Source of the DNA: Pyrodictium abyssi | GTDB lineage: Archaea > Thermoproteota > Thermoprotei_A > Sulfolobales > Pyrodictiaceae | Assembly: GCF_036323395.1 (NCBI RefSeq) | Contig: NZ_AP028907.1 | Location: 1,770,001-1,802,000 of the forward strand | Reading direction: 5' to 3' | Length of the DNA stretch: 32,000 nucleotides | Part shown: positions 1-10,159 of the stretch, one piece after another | Numbering within the stretch: position 1 is the first letter of the stretch | Layout of the letters: the number at the start of each line of letters is the position of its first letter | Position numbers and translations under genes: made by a program | Notes under the pieces: model-generated | Told to the model about the DNA's origin: nothing | What the model saw: only the letters and a program-made list of their open reading frames with translations | Databases searched by the model: none

Positions 1-120
1 AATAGACATAAGACAAATACACACGCAGCAACACCACACCGTCATTCACTGCCACACAAGCCAGATATATTTCATTCATTTAAGCTAAATTAAATAATAG
101 CACAAGGTTATTATAATGTT

Positions 121-1209
121 ATGGAGGTAGTTGAGATGATACAATGGGATTTATTCAATATCATGATGGACAAGTCTATTAGTGCACGATTACTCAGACT
201 TGCACTCCTAACCAGGACATATGGACCGCATTATGTTATATTTAAACTTATTAAACGCTTTCTGACTAAGGAAAGAATTATCGGGCTTGATGAAATAGCA
301 AATATAGTTAGGTACTATTCTGGTTTAAAAGTGGAGAAATATGGCGATAGTGAATACAGAATATATTGGCCTGAAGGTGACTACGTTACCGTAAAGAGTT
401 ACGAAGAAGTTCTTTTAGTCGCAATTGCGCATAACTTATCCTACAAAGTCGTTGATTCTGAAAGTGCATATCTCTGTAAGAAGTTATTGAGCGAACGATG
501 TATCGTATTCGATGAGAACTACGTTGAACATGAAGACATAAAAATCTCTAGAAGAACTATAGCTGGGTGTCCTACTTGTCTGGCAGAAACAATGATCCTT
601 AAAACGCATGACGTTGTACGCCCCTTTGGTAAAAACGTACTAGACATCGGAGCCTGGGTAGGTGATAGTAGCCTTAGATTAGCAAAGCTAGGTGCAAGTA
701 GAGTAGTCGCAGTAGAACCCAATCCTATGAACTATTCAGAACTTCTACACAACCTTGAGTTAAATCCTCATATAAAGGATGCGATAATTCCAGTACACGC
801 AGCTGTAGATGAAGACGGCGAGGTAAAAATTTGCTATAATTCCGATTTTAGTGGCGGCAGTTCAATATTTCGTAATGGCAGATATTGCGATATAGTACCT
901 TCAGTCTCATTCAAGACTCTTATAGAAAAATACGGACCATTTGATATCATTAAGCTTGATTGTAAATGATGTGAGCTTAAAGTGTTAGATGAAATCTCTA
1001 CTATTAAATATAGACCAAAAGTTATAAAATTAGAAATAGATTTAAACTCATGGGGGGCACTGATAGAAGATAACCCAGTAAGAGTCATTGAAAAACTTAA
1101 AGAAGCGGGATACAGTGTACAGACGTATCGTACATTCCCTAGTATACCATATATGAGCCTTATGCAAGTAATTGCTACACTAGAAGATGAAAACAACAAT
1201 GATATATAA
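121..1209 (+). pseudogene. FkbM-family SAM-dependent methyltransferase interrupted by an in-frame TGA (967-969)
   Basis: ORFs 121-969 and 982-1209 share one reading frame. The N part has a class-I MTase motif (VLDIGAWVGDSSLRLAKLG ... VVAVEPNP). The FkbM signature K-x-D-x-E-G-x-E reads KLDCK*CELKVL, with the stop in the Gly position. The C part continues family-like. Confidence 0.75.
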
Positions 1210-1222
1210 AATTTATTTATAA

Positions 1223-2160
1223 TTATATGATCTTATGTAGTATCTTTTTATTATAATGTTCTATTACTTTTTGAGGCAATGGGCCAAATTTTCTCTCATC
1301 ATAAGGCTCTAGCCTGGCAATTAAGGTCTTCATGTACTTTATACCTGCCTCATAGAGATCCGATGCGCCATACTCATCTTTTGCGACTTTTTTCGCGAAT
1401 TCAAAGGCTTTTTCTACATCCTCTTGTAGTAGTCTATCAACAATTCCCTTATACTTCCACCATACATGCTTAAAGAAGAGTCTTTCTGGTTTTCTTACAT
1501 CACAGAAGTGATAACCTAGCGGTTCTCTGATATATACTACTTTATACATGTGTACTGGAGCTATAAGACTTTCGGTATTTCTTATCTCAACATATTTTAG
1601 CTTCCTAGACCATGTATATAGCCAATGCTCTACATGCATGGGATTAGGACATAAATGATATATGTCTCCACAGAACCGTATAAACGGCCAGTATACCAAG
1701 TAGTATAGTTTCCTGTCCGTTACTTCTATAATTTCTCTAATAGTTTTTACAAGCTTTTCATCGGCAACAAAATCGGCATCCCAAATTAAAATCCATCTAT
1801 ATCTTGCTTCTCTTAGACCGAGGTTACGAGCCTTAACTAGATCACCAGGTGGCAACTTATAGAACCTTATAGGGAGTCCATGCTCATTTTCAATCTTTCT
1901 ATAATATGTGGCGTATTGTCAAAAGATGAGTCTATAACGATATATTCATCAACTATTTCTTTGATAGATAATAGAGATAACTCTATCCATTCCTCTTCGT
2001 TAAACGTACACACCATAGCTGTTATTCCTTCTTGTTTCCCCTCCTTTGTAGCGTCTATAATGCCAAGAGTAGCAGATATACTTGACATAGTATTCCTTAG
2101 CATAAAGGTACCTCGGCGTCCAAGTATCCTTCTAACAAGCCTTCGTAAGCTTAGCCCCAC
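1223..2160 (-). pseudogene. Family 2 glycosyltransferase split by a frameshift near 1895-1905
   Basis: ORF 1867-2160 carries the GT2 N-terminus (ITAMVCTFNEEEWIELSLLSI..YIVIDSSFDNTPHII). ORF 1223-1855 carries the remainder (GDLVKARNLGLREARYRWILIWDADF, DxD motif). The second frame stays open back to 1918 (..RKIENEHGLPIRFYKLPPGD), so a 1-nt indel in an A-rich tract would join the two. Confidence 0.7.
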
Positions 2161-2361
2161 TTTCTACACCCCAAGAGCCACTGTGGTTCACTTTACTATA
2201 TTATTGACACCATGGTGTCCAAGCGTAACGCAATGAATTCAAGTTTGTATTGTACTTAAACAAGTGAGAGACATAACGATAGGTGCTGGACACCATGTAA
2301 ATGCACACGCTTTCCAGCTTAAGATAAAAGAGCCTTTCACCGTACCTTACATTTTTGCGGC

Positions 2362-3117
2362 TTAGCTGCCTGTGTGTAGGAACTCCTTTATCGTGCTGGG
2401 GTCTAGCTTGTTGTAGCGCTCGAGGCTGCCTAGGTCGTACCAGGGCCCCCGGTAGATGTAGGCTTTAACCCTCATCCCCTGGCTTATCATCCAGGGGACT
2501 AGGTCGCCCATGATGTCGAAACCCGTGCCGAGTGCTTGCTCGGCCCTGTCGAGGACACGGGGGTTTAAGGCTAGCACGCCTATGGTGACCAGTAGGGGGA
2601 GCCAGGGCTTCTCCTCGAGCTTAGTAACGTTACCCTCCTGGTCTACCTCCGCCACGCCTACGGGGACCTGATACTGGTCCGCCAGCACCAGGGTGGCATC
2701 AGCCCGCCACTCGCTGTGCCTCTCGAGCAAGTCGTGTACATTCACGGGGGCCAGTATGTCGCCGTACCAGACGAGCACTGTGTCGGCGTCGAGTAGGCCC
2801 CTACGCCGGGCGTTGAGGAGGGCGCCGCCAGTGCCGGTGTACTCGTCGGTGTCTAGGCTGTAGCGTATCCGGACACCCCAAGCGCCACCATCACGGAAGT
2901 AGTTGGCTACCTGACGCCAACGATAACCCACAAGCAGCACGATATCCCGTAGCCCGTAGCGGGCGAGCCACGCCACAATATGCTCCAGGAGAGGCCGCTC
3001 CTCCGGCCCTACAGGAACCATTGGCTTGGGGATAAGGTCGGTATACGGGCGGAACCTCCTACCCTCACCGCCCGCAAGGACCGCCGCGACGATACTACGC
3101 AACACACTGTACCCCAA
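2362..3117 (-). CDS. Sugar-phosphate nucleotidyltransferase (glucose-1-phosphate thymidylyl/uridylyltransferase-like)
   Basis: N-terminal motif AAVLAGGEGRRFRPYTDLIPKPMVPV (GxGxR NTP-transferase signature) and a 251 aa ORF. It is GC-rich, unlike its AT-rich neighbours. The true start may be the GTG at 3105. Confidence 0.9.
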   Translation of the reverse strand: MGYSVLRSIVAAVLAGGEGRRFRPYTDLIPKPMVPVGPEERPLLEHIVAWLARYGLRDIVLLVGYRWRQVANYFRDGGAWGVRIRYSLDTDEYTGTGGALLNARRRGLLDADTVLVWYGDILAPVNVHDLLERHSEWRADATLVLADQYQVPVGVAEVDQEGNVTKLEEKPWLPLLVTIGVLALNPRVLDRAEQALGTGFDIMGDLVPWMISQGMRVKAYIYRGPWYDLGSLERYNKLDPSTIKEFLHTGS

Positions 3118-3470
3118 GCGTATTCCTCACAAATAGCGCGGCCACCATTAAGACTGTACCGTTAAGTAGATGATAATTTATCGCACACCATATAAGATGT
3201 GAACTTAGCCAACCGGGAATGAGACACATCATACCTTTCATATATTGTACTTGAAGAGTACCGTACATGAATCATTATTATAGCAGCATTTAGCGCTGAG
3301 GCCTAGAAATAGCGGGTAGGGGTCATCATATGTGATGCATTAGCCATCCGTATTCCAGAGTGTATACAATACATCCTGCATAACGCAGTGCAACACAAAC
3401 CATCATACTAACAGGATACTAACTTTTGGCGCTCGCCCTTCGTATCTAGGCTTGGCGGAGGTTTAACATT

Positions 3471-4517
3471 ATGGTAGTACGCGTAGCAGTCATAGGCGCT
3501 GGCTACATGGGTTCAGCACATGCACGTGTGCTGAAGAGGATTATCAATGAGTATCCCGGTCTTGCCGAGCTAGTATATGTGGTGGACATAGATAGACATA
3601 AAGCTATTAACGTTACTAGTAAATATGGAGGGAAACCTACAGATAGTATAGATAAGCTTCCAGACGAAAGCGTAGACTTTGCGATTATTGCTACACCGAC
3701 TTCATTCCACTTTACTGCTGTTAAGCAGCTGGCGGAGAAGGGTGTAAAGGGATTTCTGATAGAGAAGCCTATGACGAGAAACCTCGAGGAAGCTACCAGC
3801 CTAATAGATCTAGAGAAAGAGTACAATCTCTGGATAACAGTAGGTCATATTGAGCGTTTTAATCCAGCCACAGCAGCACTGCATAAGAGAATAGCAGCAA
3901 ACAGTTTCGGCGATATACTAACACTCGTCGCAAGACGGGTTGGGCCCTTCGCTGCCCGCGTCAAGGATACAGACGTAGTGTACGACCTAGCTATCCATGA
4001 AGTTGATAACGCTCTTGTAATATACAGGTTACTCCCCCACACAGTGAAGTCTTATACGCTGGGGGGCATAGTATCAAACCTAACGGATTACGCTCTAGCG
4101 GTACTAGGCTATGATAACGGCTTTGCAAGCATCGAAGTAAACCGTGTAACACCATTCAAACAGAGAATACTATACCTTACAGCCAGAAAAGGTGTAGTAT
4201 TCTTAGACTACATGAAACAAGAGCTACGCTTCCACAGCAACGACGAGGAGACAATAATCCACGTCAACCGGGAAGAACCACTATACCTCGAAGACCTAGT
4301 AACGCTAAGAAGCTTCGCAGACAAGAATAAGCCGCCAGTAGACACGCGTCAAGCATTCACAGCACTATATATCTGCGAGAAAATACTAAATTCAACAAAA
4401 CGCGGAAAAGAAATAATACTAGACAAAGAGGGCGACTATAAAACGTATAGCGATATACTAGAAGAGGGCATTAAGAGATATCGCCACTATGTAAGCCAAC
4501 ATACAAGCCAACACTAA
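3471..4517 (+). CDS. Gfo/Idh/MocA-family NAD-dependent oxidoreductase (WbpB-like sugar dehydrogenase)
   Basis: Rossmann start VAVIGAGYMGSAHARVL, the family EKP motif (FLIEKPM), and a 348 aa ORF in a sugar-gene context. Confidence 0.9.
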   Translation: MVVRVAVIGAGYMGSAHARVLKRIINEYPGLAELVYVVDIDRHKAINVTSKYGGKPTDSIDKLPDESVDFAIIATPTSFHFTAVKQLAEKGVKGFLIEKPMTRNLEEATSLIDLEKEYNLWITVGHIERFNPATAALHKRIAANSFGDILTLVARRVGPFAARVKDTDVVYDLAIHEVDNALVIYRLLPHTVKSYTLGGIVSNLTDYALAVLGYDNGFASIEVNRVTPFKQRILYLTARKGVVFLDYMKQELRFHSNDEETIIHVNREEPLYLEDLVTLRSFADKNKPPVDTRQAFTALYICEKILNSTKRGKEIILDKEGDYKTYSDILEEGIKRYRHYVSQHTSQH

Positions 4518-4803
4518 AATAATTATAAAATAATCATATTTCGGGTTCTTATATTCAGCTACTAATGTACAGCGAGCAGTCAACTTCCAGTAATAACTTC
4601 ATCGATTAAGAAGACAACACGAATGCAATTAGCACCCGATCCCAGTACTATAATCACATTACGACTATGTATAATCATGGCTGAGCCAGTAACAAGACCT
4701 TGTTGTAATACTCATTGCTGTATGATTTATTATATGCGTACTACGATGCATGCAAAGAAGGGGGTTGCCGGGCATCATATGGCGCTGACGAGGATGATCA
4801 TGC

Positions 4804-6153
4804 ATGGATGTAGTAGACCTAGTCCTAAGCGGGCAACAACCTCTAGCTGTTTGCGGCGCGGGCTATGTTGGACTAAGCCTCGCCGCCGTATACCTCCGCC
4901 ACGGCATAAAGGTCATACTAGCAGACATAAACGAGGAAAAACTCAGACTCATAGAAAGCAAGAAGTACAGATACATCGAACACACGGTGGAAGAAGCTAT
5001 AAACACGGGACTGGACAGCGGCAGGCTACAGCTGACAACAAGCTGCGAAGAAGCCACCAGGAAGAGCAGAATAACTGTCGTAACCGTCCCAATACACCTA
5101 GACTGGGACACAAAAACAATCAACTACACGCCCTTCGTCAACGCCCTAAAAGATATAGCACGCGGCCTCAAGAAAGGCGACCTAGTCATAATAGAATCAA
5201 GCGTCCCTCCCGGGACTACAGAGGAGATAGCAAAACCCGTACTCGAAGAGACCAGCGGCCTGCGTGCTGAGGAGGACTTCCTCCTAGCATATAGCCCAGA
5301 ACGCATCTACGTAGGAAGGGCAGTCAAAGACATCGAGGAGAACTACCCAAAGATAGTAGCCGGGATAGGACCACGCAGCACAGAGGCAGCAGCAAAACTC
5401 TACAAGAAAATAGCCAAGAAAGGCGTATTAAGACTCCCAAAGCCCCGGGACGCCGAGTTCGAGAAGCTAGCAGAAGGAGTATACCGTGACGTCAACATAG
5501 CCCTAGCCAACGAGCTAGCCATCGCAGCCATGAAGCTCGGCGTAGACTTCTACGCGGCCCGCGAAGCCGCAAATACCGCAAAACCTTACATAAACATACA
5601 CCTACCCGGACCAGGAGTAGGCGGCGCCTGCATACCAATATACCCATACTTCCTAGCCAACAAGCTCCTCGAGAAACACTACATTCCACAGCTCATGCTG
5701 ACAGCACGCCAGATAAACGAACAAATGCCCTTAGTTATAATAAAATTAATAGAACAGTTAGCAACAACACATAAGATAGAGAAGAAAATCGCAAAAATAG
5801 CTATACTAGGAGTAGCGTTCAGAGGCGACATAGATGATACGCGCCTTTCTCCTACGCACGATATAGTAGCGTTGCTTCGCGCCAGAGGATATAATAATAT
5901 ATGGGCACACGACCCCTTTGTAAATTATGACCCAATCCTCAACGGGCTGGGGGTAAGGCTAACAAACAACATTTATGACGTACTAGATAATGCTGATATT
6001 GTAATAATAGCTACTAGACACAGTATATACAAAGATATCAAGCTTTCAGAGCTACTCAAGCAAACCGGCAAACACTCAATAGTAATAGATACAGTAAATT
6101 ATATAAAAATTGATGTTAAATATGATAAAATAATAGTATTAGGATTAAGATAG
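4804..6153 (+). CDS. Nucleotide-sugar 6-dehydrogenase (UDP-glucose/GDP-mannose dehydrogenase family, WbpA/WecC-like)
   Basis: N-terminal VCGAGYVGLSLAAV Rossmann motif, catalytic-Cys motif GGACIPIYP, and a C-terminal UDP-binding-type region (ILGVAFRGDIDDTRLSP). 449 aa. Confidence 0.92.
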   Translation: MDVVDLVLSGQQPLAVCGAGYVGLSLAAVYLRHGIKVILADINEEKLRLIESKKYRYIEHTVEEAINTGLDSGRLQLTTSCEEATRKSRITVVTVPIHLDWDTKTINYTPFVNALKDIARGLKKGDLVIIESSVPPGTTEEIAKPVLEETSGLRAEEDFLLAYSPERIYVGRAVKDIEENYPKIVAGIGPRSTEAAAKLYKKIAKKGVLRLPKPRDAEFEKLAEGVYRDVNIALANELAIAAMKLGVDFYAAREAANTAKPYINIHLPGPGVGGACIPIYPYFLANKLLEKHYIPQLMLTARQINEQMPLVIIKLIEQLATTHKIEKKIAKIAILGVAFRGDIDDTRLSPTHDIVALLRARGYNNIWAHDPFVNYDPILNGLGVRLTNNIYDVLDNADIVIIATRHSIYKDIKLSELLKQTGKHSIVIDTVNYIKIDVKYDKIIVLGLR

Positions 6154-6267
6154 ATATTTTACTCCACAAGGATTCATCGTCTTAATCAATAGCCAAGAAA
6201 GCTAACTATACATAACAATTAAATGCAAGTGAATGTAAGTTAATAGAGGCGACATTGGGGTAGGCAA

Positions 6268-7332
6268 ATGAAGTACAACAGAATAGGCTATGTTGCGAAT
6301 CTGAAGTCACCATTTCAGAAAGAACTATATAGATTTCTAATTAAAAAAGAGAACCTATATAACTATAAAGTATATCACATTAGCCAGTTAAAAGAAAGTA
6401 ATAATTCAACTAACAAAATAATGTTCCCATTTAGATTAATATATCAATTACTAAATCTAAACATATTAAATTTAGATGCATTATTAATCGAATTTATATC
6501 ACATGAAGCCTTTTTCTATAAGATATTAAGTCTACACAAGGTGCCAACCTTTGTCAGGTGCCATAGAATAGAACTCTATGATTATTACAATAACCATCGA
6601 AAGAAATTTCTCTATGCAATTGAATTCGCAACACTTATAATGTGCGTAAGTAATGCTATGCGGGAAAGACTTGCTGAAATAGCACCACATGCCAAGTATA
6701 AATCAATAGTAGTCTATAACTCTGTCGATATTAATAAATTTAAACCATTAAATCTAGAACAAAGATATGTGGATCGCCGTGATGGAAAATTTGTAATAGG
6801 CAGTATGGGAAGATTCATAGAATCTAAGGGCTTTACTGAACTTATTTACACAGTAGCTAGATTAATTAAGAAAGGTTATAATAACATAATCTTAGAGATA
6901 GCTGGGTATGGTCCATTATATTATAAAATCAATAAACTTGTCGAAAAACTCAATATTAAGAAAAACGTCATTATTCGTGGCTACATTCCACATGATGAGA
7001 CTGTTAAGTGGTATAATAGTTTAGATATGTTTGTACTTAATAGTAAAATTGAAGGTATGCCTACAGTTGTGCTAGAAGCTATGGCAACGGCACTTCCAGT
7101 AGTTGCCACGTCCGTAGGCGGTATACCTGAGGCTCTAGACAGTGAGTGGATATATGAACCATACAATCTAGATCGTTTAGAAGATCTAATACTAAAAATA
7201 TATAATATGGATCCTTCAAAGCGAATAAAGATTGGTATGAAGAATAGACTTCGTGTTATCGATAAATTTAATCTAGAGAAAAACTCCAAAGTAATAATTG
7301 ATCTTATACTTAAAAATATTAACAATATATAA
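6268..7332 (+). CDS. GT4-family (GT-B fold) glycosyltransferase
   Basis: C-terminal signature EGMPTVVLEAMATALPVVATSVGGIPE (E-x7-E type). 354 aa, AT-rich. Confidence 0.9.
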   Translation: MKYNRIGYVANLKSPFQKELYRFLIKKENLYNYKVYHISQLKESNNSTNKIMFPFRLIYQLLNLNILNLDALLIEFISHEAFFYKILSLHKVPTFVRCHRIELYDYYNNHRKKFLYAIEFATLIMCVSNAMRERLAEIAPHAKYKSIVVYNSVDINKFKPLNLEQRYVDRRDGKFVIGSMGRFIESKGFTELIYTVARLIKKGYNNIILEIAGYGPLYYKINKLVEKLNIKKNVIIRGYIPHDETVKWYNSLDMFVLNSKIEGMPTVVLEAMATALPVVATSVGGIPEALDSEWIYEPYNLDRLEDLILKIYNMDPSKRIKIGMKNRLRVIDKFNLEKNSKVIIDLILKNINNI

Positions 7333-7388
7333 ATTATATTAACTAATATTAGAATGCTAATGTAGTAATATAACTGGTGGTAGTAAAT

Positions 7389-8618
7389 ATGAAACACAGA
7401 GTTGTACAGTATATAGACTACTACGGCGATAAAATGGGAGGTGGCGCAATATTCGCTAAATGGCTAAACATATATTTTAATTATGTTAAAAAGATACCTG
7501 CACTAATACTATCTACGTCATATCCAAATAAGTATTCTAGATATAATGAAGACCTCGAATCTATCTTATTAGTAGGAAAAAATGTAAAGCCTTTTGTAAA
7601 ACATTTTGTGTCGTCACCCAGAGGTAAACGTAAAACAGCTAAAGCTTTTGCCTGGTTTGGTACAAATATATATCTAATAATGAAGAAATACGATATATTA
7701 CAGATACATGGTAGTATATCATCTACAAAATTACCATTCATAAATAGATTATATTTCTGTCCAATTTGCATAGCACTACATTTAAGAAATACTTACAAGA
7801 AATATATAAAGAAAGTAGTTCTAACATTACATGCCTACTGGACACTAGTTAATTTAGTTAACAATACAAATAATATAAAGGATATAGCTCTGGCCGAGAA
7901 AATGCTATTTGATAATGTTGATGATATTATAGCTGTAGAATTATACCACTATAATGTACTCAGAGAGCAAAATATGTCCGCTAGGATACACTATATACCA
8001 TCAGCATCTGTTCCTAAAAAATTAGTGTATAATCCATATGTTATCCCAAATATAGAAATAGATGAAGAAATACTTAATAAAATTAGAAATAAGATTAAAA
8101 TTTGTCTTCCTAGCAGATTAGAGCCAGAAAGAAATATCATAGATTTTGTGCGCCAATATATTAAGGCTATAAACACATATGATTATGTAAGACGAAATAC
8201 GATATTGCTTATAGCAGGCAGCGGTTCATTAGAAAATCTTATCAGACATATATCAGAAAAAATCAGCAACATAATATATTTAGGCGCTCTAAGCCATATT
8301 GAAGTTCTATCTATGATAAGAGATCATTGCGATATAGTAGTAAATACCGCGAAATCGCCTGGCACGGGACGTATAACCATAGAGGCTTTTACATTCAAGA
8401 AGCCCGTTCTCCGGCGTATGTCAATTGATATCAATCCAATAGTGGATGGTGTAAACGGAATAGTGTATAGTGACGATGATATTATAGATAAGTTAGTGGA
8501 TATAAGCTTAATGAGATACGATTTGCATAAGCTAGGTGAGCACGGACAAGAGACAGTGAAAAAGCGATTTCTATTCGAAGATATAGCGGAAAAATATATG
8601 AATATCTATAATTTATAA
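7389..8618 (+). CDS. GT-B fold glycosyltransferase (GT1/GT4-like, divergent)
   Basis: Long ORF with a C-terminal GT-B-like segment (GRITIEAFTFKKPVLRR...VDGVNGIVYSDDD). It lies between two GT4 genes with short spacing. ATG at 7389, with an alternative GTG at 7377. Confidence 0.72.
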   Translation: MKHRVVQYIDYYGDKMGGGAIFAKWLNIYFNYVKKIPALILSTSYPNKYSRYNEDLESILLVGKNVKPFVKHFVSSPRGKRKTAKAFAWFGTNIYLIMKKYDILQIHGSISSTKLPFINRLYFCPICIALHLRNTYKKYIKKVVLTLHAYWTLVNLVNNTNNIKDIALAEKMLFDNVDDIIAVELYHYNVLREQNMSARIHYIPSASVPKKLVYNPYVIPNIEIDEEILNKIRNKIKICLPSRLEPERNIIDFVRQYIKAINTYDYVRRNTILLIAGSGSLENLIRHISEKISNIIYLGALSHIEVLSMIRDHCDIVVNTAKSPGTGRITIEAFTFKKPVLRRMSIDINPIVDGVNGIVYSDDDIIDKLVDISLMRYDLHKLGEHGQETVKKRFLFEDIAEKYMNIYNL

Positions 8619-8620
8619 TC

Positions 8621-9781
8621 ATGGTGAATATTATGCACCAGGATATAGATGTAGTTTTGGTGTCACGCGGATGGTTTCCAACCACTAAGGGCGGTGCAGA
8701 AAAATTTATATCAAGACTCGGAAACGAACTATATAAGAGAGGACTAAAAGTAGTTGGTATCACGCAATGGGTCAGAAACGCTTTTTATCCCAAAACTCCT
8801 TACAAAATTATATTTATTTCTGGAAAGGGAAAACCCAATACGCTATCATCATTGGTATTTTCTTTAAAAGCTGGCATAACAGTAAATAAGCTGAAACCAT
8901 GTGCTGTCATAGTAAATGGCTACTGGGGAGAACTAGCTCCACTATTCATCAAGAGTTCAAAGATAGTAACAATTATACATGATGTAGGGTTTGTAAACTC
9001 CATATATCAGTCCAAATTACACTACAATACTATCAAAAATATTATGCGAAAATATATCTTAAGCAAAATAATTAAAAAATCCGACATAATAGTTGTTCCT
9101 AGCTTAATTGTGAAAAAAGATATTATAAATTACATTAGTAGTTACTGTACAGAGAAGATATACGTGCTGGGTTTCGAAGGTATCGATGGCCCGTTTAGAC
9201 GTATACATGTAGAAAATGAATACTTTGATATAGTCCATGTAGCACGATTTGCCCCCAACAAGGGACATATCATACTCCTGAAAGCCTTTGCCAATATTCT
9301 CAATGAACTGAAAAATATACGCCTATGGCTTGTTGGAGGTATTGATGCGAAACACATAGATTATTATGAGAAAATAAAATATATAGCTAATAATATAAAT
9401 AGGAAGTTTAATAAACCTGTCGTGAAAATAGTTACAAATGCTCCATCGCTGAATAATTACTACGCATTAGCCGATGTATGTGTAGCCCCATCCATTGGTG
9501 ACGAAGGCTATGGACTTGCAGTTGCTGAGTGCATGGCATACGGCAAGCCTGTTATTGCATCTGATATATTTGCTGACACCGGAGTCGTCTCCGCTGAAAG
9601 GGCATTTGTAGTAGAGCGTGGCGATCCCTATGCATTAGCAAATACTATTAAGTACGTCTATTTGAATTACGAGGAAGCACTTAAAAAAGCAGATAAAGGA
9701 TTAGAGTTTGCTAGAAAATGTAGTTGGAGTAAAGTAGCTGATAAATTTATAGAATTACTGAGACATGTTAACTGTAAGTAG
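8621..9781 (+). CDS. GT4-family glycosyltransferase
   Basis: N-terminal GG motif (PTTKGGAEKFISRL) and C-terminal EGYGLAVAECMAYGKPVIASD. It starts 3 nt after the previous stop. Confidence 0.9.
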   Translation: MVNIMHQDIDVVLVSRGWFPTTKGGAEKFISRLGNELYKRGLKVVGITQWVRNAFYPKTPYKIIFISGKGKPNTLSSLVFSLKAGITVNKLKPCAVIVNGYWGELAPLFIKSSKIVTIIHDVGFVNSIYQSKLHYNTIKNIMRKYILSKIIKKSDIIVVPSLIVKKDIINYISSYCTEKIYVLGFEGIDGPFRRIHVENEYFDIVHVARFAPNKGHIILLKAFANILNELKNIRLWLVGGIDAKHIDYYEKIKYIANNINRKFNKPVVKIVTNAPSLNNYYALADVCVAPSIGDEGYGLAVAECMAYGKPVIASDIFADTGVVSAERAFVVERGDPYALANTIKYVYLNYEEALKKADKGLEFARKCSWSKVADKFIELLRHVNCK

Positions 9782-10159
9782 ATAGCATGCCTAGACTATT
9801 ACTCTTACTCATATTTTAGTCAACTATTATGCATATTTTACGCTAAATGAGATACGTATAGCTAAGTCTAATCATAATATTCATAAGTTAAATTTAAATT
9901 ATAGCCCTTCTCGAAGTTTTCCTGCAAGCTACGTCCATAGGACACTTTTAAGATACTACACAAAATCCTTATTAATATAGTTTGTCGAGGACCATTAAGA
10001 GAATTAGCTCAAGTTAGTTGTACAATCTAACGTCACAATTATTTTCGTGGTGTTTCTCTCTTGAAATCTGGAGCATTAGACAGAGCCACTTACCGATAGC
10101 CGGGATACAAGGATACCAATAACAGAATTGCTAGGCCAGACCGCTATAATAACCCGACA

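Noticed and set aside
967-969. TGA between two Cys codons (C-K-TGA-C) as a possible selenocysteine codon in the FkbM gene
   Set aside because: The stop aligns with the invariant Gly of the FkbM K-x-D-x-E-G-x-E motif, so GGA to TGA is simpler. I see no SECIS-like structure. Selenocysteine decoding is not established for crenarchaea, and FkbM enzymes are not selenoproteins.
4623-5270. 215-aa plus-strand ORF overlapping the dehydrogenase start
   Set aside because: It is Arg/His/Thr/Pro-rich low-complexity sequence in an alternative frame of a well-supported gene. It has no motifs.
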